Positions 25,101 through 40,400 are shown, counted from the first letter of the stretch. The stretch is 64,000 bases of DNA from Balanoglossus misakiensis (GCA_040954595.2 CM082583.2:9685656-9749655); one strand, 5' to 3'. The notes: generated from the sequence alone by a model not told the origin. A program made the numbers and translations.

Positions 25101-28100
25101 CACAATCCGATTTTATTAACTTGTGCTATGCATGAATTTCATCATCTCTGTTCAGGATTCCTGGCGCTATCGTCTAAAGATTGTCCCATATTTCAATCTT
25201 GTAAGTAATAGAAAATAAATTACTTGTTCTCCTGCACAAAGCCGATAGGACCCCGTTATTCTATGCTGAACCACAGTGCGCATTTCACTGCAAAATAGAA
25301 ATGCCAATATCCATTATAAAAATAAAGAGCCATATATTTTCCTATTGAGTATATATATCGTTAAGTTTCGTTTAGCTCATCAGGGTGAGAATAAACAGCC
25401 CTAGTTCGAAGCAACAAAACGAAGGCTGAAGCTAACCTCAACAGGAAATCCGCGCAGTGCTATTTCCTGTTATCACGTGAACACGCCCTCATGCGAGTAA
25501 ACAAAGCAACTCTTACAAAGCCTGATACTAATTCGGGTTTAGAAGCTGTCCAATCGATAGCGTTTTAATCGGTTCTGTCAGGAACGGATTATGCTATTGA
25601 ATGCAACTAATCCTCAACGAGAGAAATGTATAACAGGCGAGCACAGAATGTGAATAGCCTAAGAACCATATTTCACAATTAGCGACAATCCAGTATTCTT
25701 GAGATCATGCATTTATATTCTTTAGAATAAATTATTGACAGGGAGGAGAAAATTGTAACTTGTTTTCATCGTCCAGCGGTAATTTCTTGTCAAGCTTTGC
25801 AATCGTTTCCTGACAGGCACGCGAGCTGGATCACGTGACGTGATTATTGTGTTCGAAGTAATGATACATTTCCGTGAAAAGTGAAGTGATTTGTGCAACG
25901 ATGGCGAAGATCGAAGCTTTGGGGACACGGGTCGGTTTCAACGTTTAAATAAACACGTGACTTACGGGCGGAATTTACAACCCTCTATGCACATCATGGA
26001 GACACGAAGTTATCGTCATTCAGTGACGTGACATTTGCCCTGCCCTTGTGATGTTATGATTGCATAATATGAATATTCTGAATAAACTCTGTGTTTTTCG
26101 TTTGCCATTCTTATCACACGTTTTTTTCTGGATGTCGAACTGCACTGAACAGGACAAGTTCTGAGATCCCAGATCTCCTGGCGCCATACCACGTGTCATT
26201 AAAGCCTAATTTCGATGTTTGCCTCTGGAAATGTAGATCCATGGTAGATCGGGCGGGGCATAATATATGGGTCCCAGTCCTAGACATCATCATCCCGCGC
26301 GGCTCAAAGAAAATTCCTAGTTAATTGGCATAAGTCGTCCTTATACGTGAACAGCGTGATTGCAAAATACAAATTACGCGAACCATTGCAAAACTGTGGG
26401 CATCACAGAATATCTGTGGTCGGATAATGCCAAGTTCAGGTGTTTTGCCTATGAACTTGATTTTTTTTCTACCGCTTAATTTTCTGTCTGTAGAATTCAT
26501 CTCATATTCTATGAGAACAGCTATGATATTCTTAGAAAAATATTGTAGTCGCAGGTGCAAAGAGTCATATAGGGTTAAAAAAGCGTTTTTTATGAGTCGT
26601 CTGCTCCTCTCAAGCGAATTCGCCTTCCTTTCGATTTTCACATGATTGCCTTTGCGTGCTTCCTTACTCAGAACCACTGAAGGAAATTAAACGCGCTGAA
26701 CGCATACCTTTCCCTTCATGTAATCTTTATAACCTCAGAACAGCCAGAATTAATGAAATTGCTTGTCAGTCATAGGCCAGTCATTAGAGTTGCACGTAGT
26801 CTAAATTTAGATGTGTGTGTGTCCATTTTTGCGTGTCATGCGCATCTCCACCTGATGTTACTTCAGCCAAGTTTCTTGGAGCATTCAAGCGCGATATTTC
26901 CACGGAATGTTCATACATTACTCTCAAAACTCTCCACCTGACACACGCGCTTTACCTTCGCTCTACTTTTCGAAAAAAACCCGGCTTACTACAGACTTGG
27001 TATCTAACAACAAACAAACATTTAAAATTACGGAATATTCGGTCATGGTGCAGATTGAAACTGATATTCCTGAGAATAGACCTTACAATGTATGTGGTCC
27101 CCAGAATGAAACATGCTATACGCGCGTTTGTTCCGTATACGTTTCAGAACGAGGAATTGAAAGCTGTTTTTATGAACGATATTCAGATGTCTATTCCTGT
27201 GACGAATTAACATACGGTGGTGGAGCCATAAACCGCATCCTGAAGAGGAAAGTGATTTATTGTCGCGTTGTTTTTGAAAAGAATAAATACGGTTCAATTA
27301 CCAGCCGGTGCACTTGCAAGTGATATATCGTTCCATAAACGGCTAATCGGTAATGGTGTCGTTTATAAACTAGATCCTTTGCTGAAAATGTCCTAATGAT
27401 GGGCCCGGGAATGATATTTACATTAATGGTTTACTCATGACTTGTTGCACACGGCACGTAAGACGGAAAGTATACCAAGTTTAATAGGGGGAGCGTCACG
27501 AAATGATTTGTGAGTGAATACGCAATCATTATTCACTGAGTGCATGAAGCAATACTTCTCATCAAAGACGACGCGGAATGCCTCATAAACCATACATTTT
27601 CATTAGATCGGCTGGATCGGCTAATCCTTATGTGAAATTCAGGAATTCGAAACGGTTTAAGGCGAAATAAACCCATTTTCAGTATTATGCCATTCGGACA
27701 AGTTTACTACGAGAGTAGATGTCACTTTCTTAAAAGTTACTATCTCGTTTTCAGCGAGAGACAGACCAACTTGTCTCACAGTGTGAACATTTGGCCAAAA
27801 TCGTTGTGAAAACTACGGTGCCCTCTCAAATAAATAAATAAATATAGCAATCTATAATGCATGTTAATATGATAGTTATGACTTCAATGTAGCATGGTTA
27901 TGTCTATTGAACTGTGGCAGAATTACAGTCAAGTAGAAATAGCATTTTTAACATAGACTTTGGAAATATGACATTCTCGTTAAATTTTAATCGTCGCTTT
28001 CAAACGCAGAGGTTATGTAGTTCTGTCATCTTGGAATACGAACTCCATGGGTTCATCAGCGTTTACTGATACACGAGTTTGCCACGGTGGGGACCTTTAA

Positions 28101-31100
28101 CGCCGTGTCAATTGGCACTGTGTTGTCGTCGGCTGCTTGACGTGGCATGTGCGAGGTTTCGGTACCTAGGGGATTGTCCATCAACTGAAGATTCACTGAA
28201 TCTCTGTGTTTCAAACACAAACGTCCTAGAGAATTGAAGAACCGTTGTCATTAGCGAAATCTCGCGATGGTGTCGGTGTTATCGTTCATCTTTGCCACGT
28301 GATGTGAACTGGTACTATGCCAGTGGCAATGGCGGGTTCGAATCCAGTGCGATCATGATTGGAGTGCCGCATCGGCGTGTAACTGATCGAACTAGATCAG
28401 TATGCAAATCAAACATTTTCCCGGTCAAACGTGACTCGCAAATAATGAAATCTAGCGTGTGCGTGCACACAGCGATTGGGTTCGTGGCCGTGGCAGTTGA
28501 TCATTTCAACCTTTGATGTCCAGACCTATTACTCTTATTATATGCCTCAGCTGGTTTCCTTCCAAATGTGACTTCGCCTAGATGACTTTCCAATGGAGCT
28601 TTAACACGGATGCAAGCACAGGGCATCTTGTGCGCATTTCGCCATGTCGTCAGTCACTTTGAGCGCCAGAGGGGCATTCGTGAAAACTTTCCCATGATTA
28701 TCCCTATTAAGGTATTTTAACGCAGCGGGAAATATGTCAGATACAATGATTTTTTTTCTCCAGAAAGCGTGTGCGTAAATTAGCGTCTACCAAGGTTTCA
28801 CCTGCTGGGCGATATTTTGAAATACCGTGTGCATTTGAAACAGCGATTTATATGACATTTTTTTTCTAATCGCGTTTAACCTTTGAACAGCAAACGGTGC
28901 TCCGACGGGCGATCACAAACGCTGACAGCCAGAGCGTAACCTAGCAACTATGACGGAGTAAAAATGTATATTTCATACAATATGCTCTCACTTGCTGATT
29001 ACGTGCGAGTTAGTACGAAGGGAATAATCTACTAAATTGCACGCCAACCTTCTCTGGATAAACTCAGGGTAGCGCTTCAAGGGAGATAGACGGAAGTTAA
29101 TATTCTTCTGTCAAGGACCCTCCTTTTTTCATTAAGACTAATACACAACGCAAAGACTGCGTGGGGTCCTTCCCCCCCCCCCCCCCCCCCGAGAAAACAT
29201 GTTTGTTGGGATTATTGTGGTTGACTCCCCGTGTTAAAAACATGTGATTTTGCATCTTCCACTCGCCCACACAGGCAGTAATAGTGGTCAAAACAACGCC
29301 TCGCCAGATATATACCTTGTCTGCAATTCACTCTAACATGTACAAACGCCGATATTGCATTTTCTATCAGCGGATAACACAAAACGTTGGCAATGATCAC
29401 GACTGCGCGTTACTCGATTTCCTTGCTGGAGTTATCCCGGCGGATTGCAAACTCATTCGACAAAGCAGCCTGCTATACTTCAACAAACTTCCAAACCAAC
29501 ATGAAAAATACAAATCGTATAAAACCAGACTGCTGGAGTGTATATTACGTACAGGTTAATAAACATGACAATAAAAAGCTCTATAGCAGAATGTGACAAT
29601 GGCGAAGTGGTTCCCAAGTGACGTCATATGCTCTACATAACGGCGCGTCGAATAAAGATGAGATCGTCATAAATACAGAAAATATTGTTTAGGCTGTACT
29701 GAGTAGGCAGAACCACAGAGAAATCATGGATTATTCATAGAAATGACAGTCGAGAAATTATCCATGGTTGACTCAACAAGATGCTTGAGAGTCAACTATT
29801 CATAAGCGATTTTGTGAGAGACAAAAAAAAACACCACAACGACCTCGCTTGTGTAGCCTTGTAGTGTTTCCTGTGTTGTCGACAATTTTGACGAAAAATA
29901 TAACCTCGGTAGATGTGTGAATGACGAATGTGATGCAGCGCTTTGAAAGGAACACTCGTATTCTCTAAGGTTGGAAGAGGGACTTGTTTGGCAACGCACA
30001 GTTATGACAATACGCTCTGGCAACGTCGTGTACCCACCTAACCAAACAACCAACCAAATAAAATTTACAAATGGGCGATAAGCAATTAGATCTATAATAA
30101 TTGTTGTAACTGTTACATTCAATTTAAAAGCACCGGGGTATTTTCTGTTTTAGACACTATATCTCACTTTATAGTTTAGTTAATTAAAAACTCTTGTTTC
30201 TTTGGTTTGGTTACTGCTGTAAAGATCTTTGTTTTTATTGCACTGAAGAGATTAAATACATTTCGCCGACGGCGCGACTTTTTCGATGAGCTACGTATGC
30301 GTGTTGGGATTCATTACACCGCTAATCATCGGACTTAGCATACTTCACAAAGCCTGCTGTGACTTTACATTTTGTTTATCTGAAAACGGGTTCACGATTA
30401 AGTTTGGTGATTACAAATCCCAAACACGTCTTGGCGAAGAAATCGTGAGATAAGAGTTCCATTTTCTCTCCCTGCCTCTGAGTTATTCGATCTGACACTG
30501 ATTTGGCCCAGCCCTGTAATATCTCTCCCTACAAAATAGAGATATCGATGAAAGCGAGCTTATTGCCCACCTTACGACACACACACGCAGGTTCTCAAGG
30601 CCTTTGAGTAAATCATTTCGAAGGAATATTTATGTAAGGAACGCCGAGCATCGAATATGAGTTGACAAATGTAATTGGTTGAACATTATGGGCCCAGAGT
30701 TTTCGAAAGAGAAATCGTTAAAGTGATGACATCGCCAGTGCGCATGAGTCACTCGTGAAAGTATGAAAAGGCATAAACGTTGATTATGCCTGCCCCCAGC
30801 CATGACATCAGACCTTTTCTGAGTGTAATTCTCTTAACTCCCAAAGTGTAACGAGATATTTCACTTCTTGATAGAAATAGATGGGGACGCAGCATCGAAA
30901 GCACGTCGAGAGCTTCGCGCAATCACCTCGGACGCACATGTATGTACATACGGTGCCGTTGTTTGGATAGTACATGACTGTATCAATGTTGCATTTATCT
31001 TTTGACTTCGTCGTTGAATTGATGAAATAGAAATGTAGAGTATGTCGTAGCTAGCGAAACAGTGCGCGAATTCCCTAACCTACACGGACCAAACACTGTA

Positions 31101-33713
31101 TTTCAAGTTAAGATTCTACAAGCGGGAAACTGAACAATTAATATGTAATAAATCCATCTGTAGCCTTATTAGGATTCTACATGAGGATTTGGCGATTAAT
31201 ACATAATGTATCAAATTGTCTCCTGCTGATACGATGCGATTGGTATTCACGGCGCGATCTAGTCCACTAGACGGGCGCCGACTCGACTATTTGCGGATGA
31301 AGATAGCAACCTTGTCGCAAGATTCACATTTCTTTTGACATAAATCTGTGTTAAGCTGTGTACATATAGATCCTGCTTTTATGTGTATTACATAAATGCC
31401 AACAAGGCACATATGACATTAAAATGACGGAGGGTTTTTGTGTGTGGGTGCGATGACCTTAAAAGAACCTCGCTTACACACAAGCGAATGGGTATAAATA
31501 TTTTTCTGATGAGTTTTGGCACAAGTTTAGGTTTTTTTGTTGACTGGTGACCCAGTTTTGACCATGCTCGATGGAAAAGTTGTTACGGCGGAAACAAGAT
31601 AGGTGGAAGGGGATTGAGATGGAAAGCTAATTAGATTGAAACGTTAGATGCGCACAGGCCTGAATCGTCGGAATACGAGCTCGCTGAACGATTCCAGGCA
31701 TCGTAAGTTATTTCCCCGTTTCATTTGGCAGAGAAAAATAATGTATACATGTGTGATAAATTCCATTTGGTTGATACGACGTTCAATATTCGGTATGCAC
31801 AGTCACTCTCGACGCCTAATTTAAGAGGCGATGTAGCACAAAGAGCCACGTTCCTAATCCTGTCACCTGATCGCTACCTGTAACACACCATGACTACAGA
31901 CTCCTGATGGTGCAAAGGTATAATACTATAAATCAACAGAGACGGCCAAGAAAACCATTACAATCCATCATGGATTACTGGTCATTAGCGCCATAAAATT
32001 ATATTGACTTCTCGCCGAACATATGCCTTGGGTTAGTCTGCATCAGTTACATGCTGCATGAGAGGTATATATAATCAACCCTGCTCAAACGCAATGCATA
32101 CCCCCCCCCCCCACACACACACACACCACCACCCTCCAACGCCATGTTTTTCAACATCGTCGGTTTGAGAATTTGCACTGAATTGACAGGTCAGGTGAAA
32201 AGCGCTCTTAATGCTCGGCCTCTGTATACTTAGCAAGAAACGTGTTGCGTTCGCGCTGAAACAAAACGTTTTCCCGCGGTGGCCATGTAACATAAGATTC
32301 ACGGAGTAACATGGAAAGGGATTGGGCTTTGCATTATCTCGGCTCGCGCGAGATAACATCGGTGTTGACGCTGACATCACCACGTACGTCGCTTCCATTT
32401 CAGAATACGAACTGGTCACCATTCGCACACCCTAGGGACCGTGCCACTTCATCAAGCATATGCCACAGCGTCCTATTCTGCAGAAGATTAAGGCTTTCTA
32501 TTCTGAGGTAAAAGGTGTTACCATCACGACGTTAAGCTCCATCTACTTCTGGACGCGTCACATCTTCATTTCAGTTCTTAATCTGGTGATCATCTGCTTT
32601 TTTTCTCGTTAACTGTCGCATTCGTTTTTTGTTCTTCAGGAAAAAGTGACTGGCAATGCTTTCACGTGGCAAATTTGAAAAGCTAACAGAAGAATGTAAA
32701 TACAGTTGTAATACTAATGCTCAGGGACATTTATCATCAACTGTTCGCGGGTCGCTGTTCTCAAATGTGTGCTGTCACATATGCAAATTTAGCCACATAT
32801 GCAAATTTAACCATCATGGAAAATTGAGGTCTTGCCACAGATATCCACGGGAAAAAATGTGTGCCATCGTATCGTCATTTACATGTGTAGAAGACTAGCC
32901 TATGACACGCCCTTCAGTACGGACCTTCGTGAAGTAAAAGAGCTTGTATTCCTTTAAAGCGACAAGCGTTATCTATATTTCTGATCAATTTTATTTTTTA
33001 TCATATCTGCGTCAGTCGCGTGTACATTGTGAACTGACTCGCGTCGCCGCTTGATAGCGATGTCAACTGAGATGATGACGGTGAGGCGAGTGACGCTGCC
33101 TCGGAAAACTGAAAAATGGATGATAATGGATTCTCGAGGTTGTATCAGTCATACTCACAGGCAAAATCGTTTATTTCAATATCTATGTCCTCTTTTGTCA
33201 TCCGTCTTTGCCGTACCGATCAATCTTTTAAGCCCAGTCCACGTGTATAGTTTGAGGGTTTTCTCTTGCTGAAAGCAGGGTTTGCTCATAGGTCGGCGAC
33301 GGGTTATTTAGCAATTAAGGACACACATCTAGAATTACTGCACCAAATTCGATGAAGCGAAGTTCTAGTACGAATGCCGGGAGATTCGCAATCCGTATTG
33401 AATCATCCTCAGAATAAAAGTCTCTCTACCTTTAAGGGTTTTGTCACGTGGGCGAATGATTAAACTGTCAATCCATCGACAGTATATCAAGATGGAAGAA
33501 CATATAGCACGGAACATATAGCATGTTAGTCTTATGTATCGGGGATATGTGGATTTCACTTTCTCATTCCCGTTGTTTCACACGAGCCTGCAGCTCGAGT
33601 CGAGGCAAACATCCCCACCCCGACTGGGAAATCTCATCCAAGGTCCTTGGGGATATGAGATTGTGCTTCTCTTGAGCTCACAACACAACACTCTCACAAC
33701 TAAGAAAATGTAT

Positions 33714-33789
33714 TATCTAACATTATGTGCCCTTTGACTGAACCTATGTACATGTATCTAACATTAGGTGCCCTTTGACTGAACCTATG
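33714..33789. repeat. 41-bp-period tandem duplication
   Basis: TATCTAACATTA.GTGCCCTTTGACTGAACCTATG at 33714 and 33755. Confidence 0.9.
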
Positions 33790-36700
33790 CACTGATTTAG
33801 CTTTCTGACGTTTCTGTGACAATGGGGACAAAGAGAAAAGACCACATTTCACCGCCCTCCTTATTTCTCAGGAAAACTCACACCGGCGTTTTCGATTAAC
33901 AAGGTGTTAACCAGTAATCGTGAAAAATCCTCGCAAAGAATCAAACATAATTTTTTTGTAATATCCTTATTTCTATAGCACATGTTTGACAGAACAAAAA
34001 ATATGGCAAGTGCACGTAGTTCCCAGTCTTTCAGTTTACTTGATTTCCTTTCTTGTGACGGAGTCAAGACTCTGCTATTTAATTCTCAAAACATCGCGAA
34101 CCTAGCGGGTATATGTAAAAAAAGATAACACTATATCGCGTGAAAATGTCAAGAAAGGAGGATTTCATTATCGAGCGGTCACATCGAGGATGGGCCAGTG
34201 TAAGGAGTCGGCGATTAGTAAGGGGGATTGAGTGGAGACGTGATCGATGACGTTATAGATTTTGAGCAGCAAACGAGTTGAATGGAAAAGACATCAGTAA
34301 ATGCTAATGTCTGTAGCGAACATCAGCTCGACTGTCATGTGATGAAACACTTATAGCCTTACACTGTAAACAGGTTTGTGGGAGACCACGTTATTATTGA
34401 CCACAGAGAGGTTTCTTGCGTCAAGGTATATCAGTGCGGTATCTGTTTAAGTATAGTTGATTCAAGGTGTATACAGCCTACGATTTATGGCGCCGCCGCT
34501 ATTTGATGACTGTTTATTTGAGGTATTCATGGCCACGATCCGAGGCGACGGAAAGAGCGAGAGTTGGGGATTAGAAATGAATACGCGGTCTTCGCATCAT
34601 TAAACGGGGATCATCACCACCATTTTACATCCTATTTGGTATGACATACGTTTGATTAGGCGGTGCGTGTGTGTGTGATGCGACTTCGGCCAGGCACTGA
34701 TCGACACCAACGTCCATCACAGTGTTATGAAAAACAGTCACATTCGGCGCCGGCAGCAAGTTACAAACTCGACAAGGCGAATGTCGAGCTGGAACTGCGG
34801 CTATGCAATTTCAATAATGGCCACATTAATTCCTCAAAGACTTCCATCGATTTTCAGATCTTATTTCGCCGCTGAGTTCGTTGGTGAATAAGAAATGGAG
34901 CGATCATGTAATTTCGCGAGGCTTGGGAGAAAACGCACCCAGTCGCTCCGTTTGCCACGTTATAATAAGCTTATATTATAATGCACCGGTTGAATGATAC
35001 ACATCAGTTCAGACCGGCATATTACCCCCAAGAACAGTCGTGCCTCTGACTATCATTTAATCAAGTGATGCCTACAGACACACGAGAAGATGCTCGTGAC
35101 AGGAAGGATGCCGATAAGTCAGTAAAATGTGCATGCTTCAAATTTACCTGCTGGTGTTTCTTCAGTGGTGACGCTATGTTCAGAAGAGTTACGTGGTTTG
35201 GCCAAATGGCCGACACAACTTCAAATTGCCCCTACCCCCGTTACGTGTGCCGTATTTTGCCTTTGAATTGGATCGTATGGTTCGGTAAATTGGTGAAAGG
35301 ATAGAGTTGAACAAATACATAAAATGTACAAACAATCTGGTCCTCCAACTGACACGACATGGAGTTATTTATAGGTCAGTTATCGGCGGAATGAGAAGGT
35401 GCGTTCAAATAATAGGCTGCTTAGGGACAGTTACCAGCATATTGCGTTATACAGACAACCGTTCGCAACATGTGACCCGGTACATGTATGTTTTATTGTG
35501 CTTCAGTTAATTCTCCCGGCCAACGAAGAGGGTCCATAAACCACGTACCGCAACAGTTCATGCTTGTCGATGACAAAACGCCAGGAGAATTTATCACCGG
35601 CTTTTATTCGCAAAAAGTCAATTCGATACGCGTGCCAGTAAAAAGCAACGACGCTGAAAAACAACTACAGCGGAGGGGCGATGAACTGTGTTACTTAAAA
35701 CTGTTCCCAGGAAATAGGCTCTCAGATACCCTTGGCCTTCTGGAGGAACCCCCTCTTCACAAGGGGATGTTCACTCTTTCTTGCGTGGCCTTGATAATCG
35801 AATTTCGTGCGTTGCATAAGTGCCATGTACGCTGCTAATGTCCACGCACTTGTTATCACAAATCAGATTTCCTCCGGTTCTGGTTTAGAACCGAAGATAC
35901 TACTCAAGAGAGGTAAATAAAAGGTTGACGTCTCAACGAAAAAAAGCCTTGAGACTAGAAATGTACTTTGTGATATATAGCTTCTCTTCAACAATGCAGT
36001 TGCTGAAGCGTCATCTTCATGCGTTCGTTTGCGGCGTTTTTTTCATAATTGAGAATCAATACGGGAAATCTAAGGAACCTGATAATATAGGCCTGTGCGT
36101 TGTTTCTATTTTCCTCGAATTCCGCATAAAGAAGGGTCACAAAATTATTTAGGCAAGTATTGTGTCCAAATTATCATCAACAAACAAGTGATCATTTAAA
36201 ATCTGATTGATATATGATTTCCATGGTTAAAAGAACCTAAAAGTGTTGACTCTGTAAACTGAAAGCAATATTGTACGCAAATGGTGGAAAATACATCAGC
36301 ATATCAGCCACAAAGCTAAGGAGTCTTATTTCAAGTAAAACATTGCATATCCTAGGCATCCTTTGTGAGTTGTTACTTAACTGCTGCCATCCACTGCGAC
36401 GGTCCAGTCATTCGATTGTGGACAGTCTTAGGACCTGCGTTAATCTAGTCAGAACCTGTCTTGATAAACCACTTAAATTTGCCGAGCAGAGAAGGGAAAG
36501 CTTGTGTCCACTTATCAGGCGAGCGGTCATATTCGGCGCCACTTTTTATGAATATCAATGATATTATTCATGTCTGCAATTTGTTTTGCAGAAGACGTGC
36601 TTGTTGCAGCAAGATAGCTGCGGGAAGTCGTGGCGCTGAGCACTGGATTGGCCGGGTGTGTGTCCGCTGCTGTCAATGATGGAACTTGCGTGAGGATTCA

Positions 36701-37050
36701 TTGTCACGTAGCTGGGATTCAGCTGTAGGCATTAGATTCGAATCTGTGACAAAGAAGAAGGGATCCTCACACCAGCGGGCGATGTCAAGAGCCTCTTCCC
36801 CGCCTCGATATTGGGAGGGACGCACCTATAGCAAATGAGTTGCTCGTCTTCTGTATGCGCTATATTCTGGAACCGCAAAGGTGTTCAATTCAAAAGAAGA
36901 TGAATCTCTAACGAGCCGATTCTTCGAAGTAAAGAAGTTTCTACTACAGAAGAGGCTGCCTTGAACAAGTGCCTTGCAAAAGAGACCGGCTGACGTCGCA
37001 AGATTTTTTCTGTTTTGTAAATTCGCTGGATTTACTCAAAGCCCGTCCAG

Positions 37051-37404
37051 ATGTACATGTATGTGGATTACTTTTGGGATTATAATGAGACCAACGTCAC
37101 GAACTACACCGATTACTACGACGACGCGGTGTACGGCAACTACCGGTTACCCACCTTCCAAATCGTAGTGGCCGCCGCGTTCTGTGTCATGGCAGTTGTC
37201 GGTATCCTAGGCAATGCGGCGGTCGTCTCCATCATCTTGAAACATCGTGACATGAGATCAGCCACCAACTTATATATTCTAAACTACGCTATCACGGACC
37301 TCACGTTCCTGGTTATCTGTGCGCCGGTAACAGCCAAGTTGTACATCGATCCGCGTTGGCAGATAGATGAGTTTTTCTGCAAGTTTTTTATATACATGCA
37401 ATAT
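37051..37404 (+). CDS. KISS1R: Kisspeptin-receptor-like GPCR, gene B, coding exon 1 of 3 (118 codons, N-terminus to mid-TM3)
   Basis: MYMYVDYFWDYNETNVTNYT...VVGILGNAAVVSIILKHRDMRSATNLYILNYAITDLTFLVICAPVTAKLY...WQIDEFFCKFFIYMQY, followed by a GTGAGT donor at 37405 in phase 0. The start could be ATG 37051 or ATG 37057. Confidence 0.9.
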
Positions 37405-40400
37405 GTGAGTATTAACGTTATCTTCGATTAGTTTTAACATAGCAATTCGTGGATAGTATGTAATTTATCGCTGGCTTTGCAGGGATCGCCGTTCCTGTCA
37501 CGTGAGTCAAATTACAAAACGCATCACCAAAACAGCAGATTCTTTAATAATAGCCCAATGGACGTATTAACCAAGTATATACATTATTGTCTAAATTATA
37601 AACCACAGCGAGAGCGGTAATTGTTACCGCGATGAGTTCAATATGTACACCACACGTTAACTCCCACCTAATGATTTTTTTTTCGCGATATCATGACTGC
37701 AGCCGCGCGGCTTGTGGTCTGGTCATTTTAGATATGCCCAGCCACCCCTGCTCTTGAGTTTCGCCTTGGTGCGCCACACATAGGTTATGCCTCTTACTGG
37801 CTTCCCTAGAGTACGGAGAGTTGCACGCTCATTTTCTTTACAAGGCATGTGTGGGTGGGTTATGTGTGTCGAGGCTGACTCGCGCCGAAGTTGCCTTACT
37901 GTGCCGGGATGAACTCTCAATTTGCGGCGGTAATCTCATTTGTTGAAACAGACAGAGAGCACGAATTCCCACGTTGCGCGAAGATTTCTGATTAGCGGGA
38001 GTAAGATAAGTGGGAGTGCGCGGATACAGTCTTCCCTCCTATAAGAAAGTAACGTTCTCCCTGCTACAAGGACAAAGTCATGGGGAAAATTACCCCAACA
38101 TGTTATTATCTTGTAGTTAAATTCAAAGCACCGCCAGAAGATGACGGCTGCAGTCTTTTACTTGCTCTGAAATTCCCCGATATTAGAATAATTTTCGTCG
38201 AAAAAATTAGTTGAAACGGTTGAAAGACTACCGAGGATGTAATCATCTCCATGGTGACTAATCCATTTCGCCTAAGGAAAGATTAGGAGGACTAACTTTA
38301 AGATATTTATATTTATGGGCAACCGACTACTGTTTGATCATGACCCTGGGGTTTCTTGCGCTCTGTATCAAGCGAGAGCGCGTGTCGTTTTCGTATATGT
38401 GTTACTAGGACGTTGGGGGCACTTGACCGTCTCCATATTAATCTGTTCATCACAGAATCTCCTTTTAAGAATCTCACTGCATCACAGTAATCACAATTTT
38501 TTGTGAACGCTTGCATGATACGACTCGGTGAAGAAACGACGACAGGTGAACATTTTGTGGGGTGGCTGTACAGCGAACGGGTGGCTGCAGCCATTTTGTT
38601 ACCCAAACCCAAAACGAGGCTACCAAGATGGCCGCTGAAAATGGGTCTGCAGGTGTGCAAAGACGCAAGATGTATTGCAAGTCATGTGGTGAAATGTCCG
38701 ACCACGGTTTCTTCACGATACAAATACCAAAAGTACACAAACAGTTTGAAGGGTTAGACATCAACAGAGAAACCTTTAACGCCGCCACGGGAATAGGAAT
38801 TTATTAACAGACGTGCAACTTTTCGCATAAAAGGTTGTGTTTCCTTGACCGCCATTATATCAGTTCTTTAGAACTGCACGTTTTTAGCCTATGCTCTCAG
38901 TATTAATTGGAAGTTTTTTTATCGTCTACAGAGGCACCCACGCTCGATGGAAATAATCTATTTATTTACTCAGGTTGGGTCCTATGCAAATAGATCCCCT
39001 CTTGACAATTACGGAAACTTCTATCATTTATACTAGTATGTATGTATTGTTAGCCGAAGGACTAATTCTTTCATCACAATGTTTTCGCCATTTGGAGACT
39101 GTGGAGCCGGGGGATAGATTCGTGCGGTTGTATACGGAAAGGTCTTGAAAAAGATGCATTCATGTAAGTTTTGCTATTGAATGCAAGACATGTTTCTAAA
39201 GGGCAAACCGTGATTACCGTAATAGTCACAAAAAACGCTGTCACGCCGGAGTTTGAAAATGAAAACAGTTAACGCCGTGGATATTGATTACGTGACGCAG
39301 GTATACTATTGCGTATAGTAGTTTCGCAATAAGAGGAGCGGGTCTCCCGGTTTAATAGGATGTGCTGTCTGCGCTCGCACTGAGCCATAGTAACTTCTGC
39401 TCACATATCGCGCATAAAAAAGACTTTCAATTGCGTATAAGTAGCGCATCATTTACGTGAGTTCATTTGCATCCCGGTGGGAATAGAGTTAACGAGTCAC
39501 GTGAAAGGGAGACGATTTCTAGGTCTTCGTAATCGACCCTTTTACATACCGGCCGTTCCAGGCCTGTTTCTTTCCTACATTTGAGGGCTCTTGCGCAGAA
39601 AACAATGTCTTGTTTCCGCCTAGGCGACGTGGCATCCGCCAAACGGCGGGCGGTGGCGAGACGCCACGAAATCTAGAGGGAACTTGCTTGATTTACTCTC
39701 ACTCTCACCAAAAAAGTGAAATTTTGATCTACCTCCAGCGAGGTTGGAAACAAATGATCCCGGTGTGCTGACGATTCGGGACGTCAGTGGGGCGAAGCGA
39801 TATAGCAATGATCAAAATCAATGACGCATGCGTTGCATCGAGACAAGAAATGATTGGACAACAGTGGCCATACATCAATTTAATGGCAATCGTCTTTCAT
39901 CCATCATGGTTGTAAACAATGGGTTTTAGCAGTTGCCTTTCAGTGTATGCAACATTTCAATGTAACATTTTGATGATAGGCAGTATATTACCCCATGATG
40001 TGTTAGGATATGCCATTTCTTGAACTCTAACAATTGTGCTGATAAGGCCCATGTGACATCTGCAACTACGATACCCATAATTCTCTCAGCAAGACAGCAG
40101 GTGCGCTGAATAAAAGAATGACGTGGTCTGAGCATGTGCAGAAGTCAACCTGTCCAATTGGATGTGTGCATGACGAATATGGTCATTAGTGCTTGTTGTA
40201 CCCTAAAACGAGTGGGTCTTGGTTCATCTGCTTTAAGAATTTGTTTTAGATTTTTGAACGTCACCACTTCCATCTACTTTATTAATATCATTCATTTTAC
40301 ACCTATCCACATTTTTTTTAATTTAGAAGAAACTTATCACCTGTCTGTCTGTCTGTCTTTCTGTCTGGGTGATACGCGGAGACGTTAGTGTGAAAACTCG

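Noticed and set aside
28335-28345. Perfect Pol III B-box GGTTCGAATCC (also AGTTCAAATCC near 7791)
   Set aside because: No correctly spaced A-box or cloverleaf could be built. At most a SINE remnant, not a tRNA.
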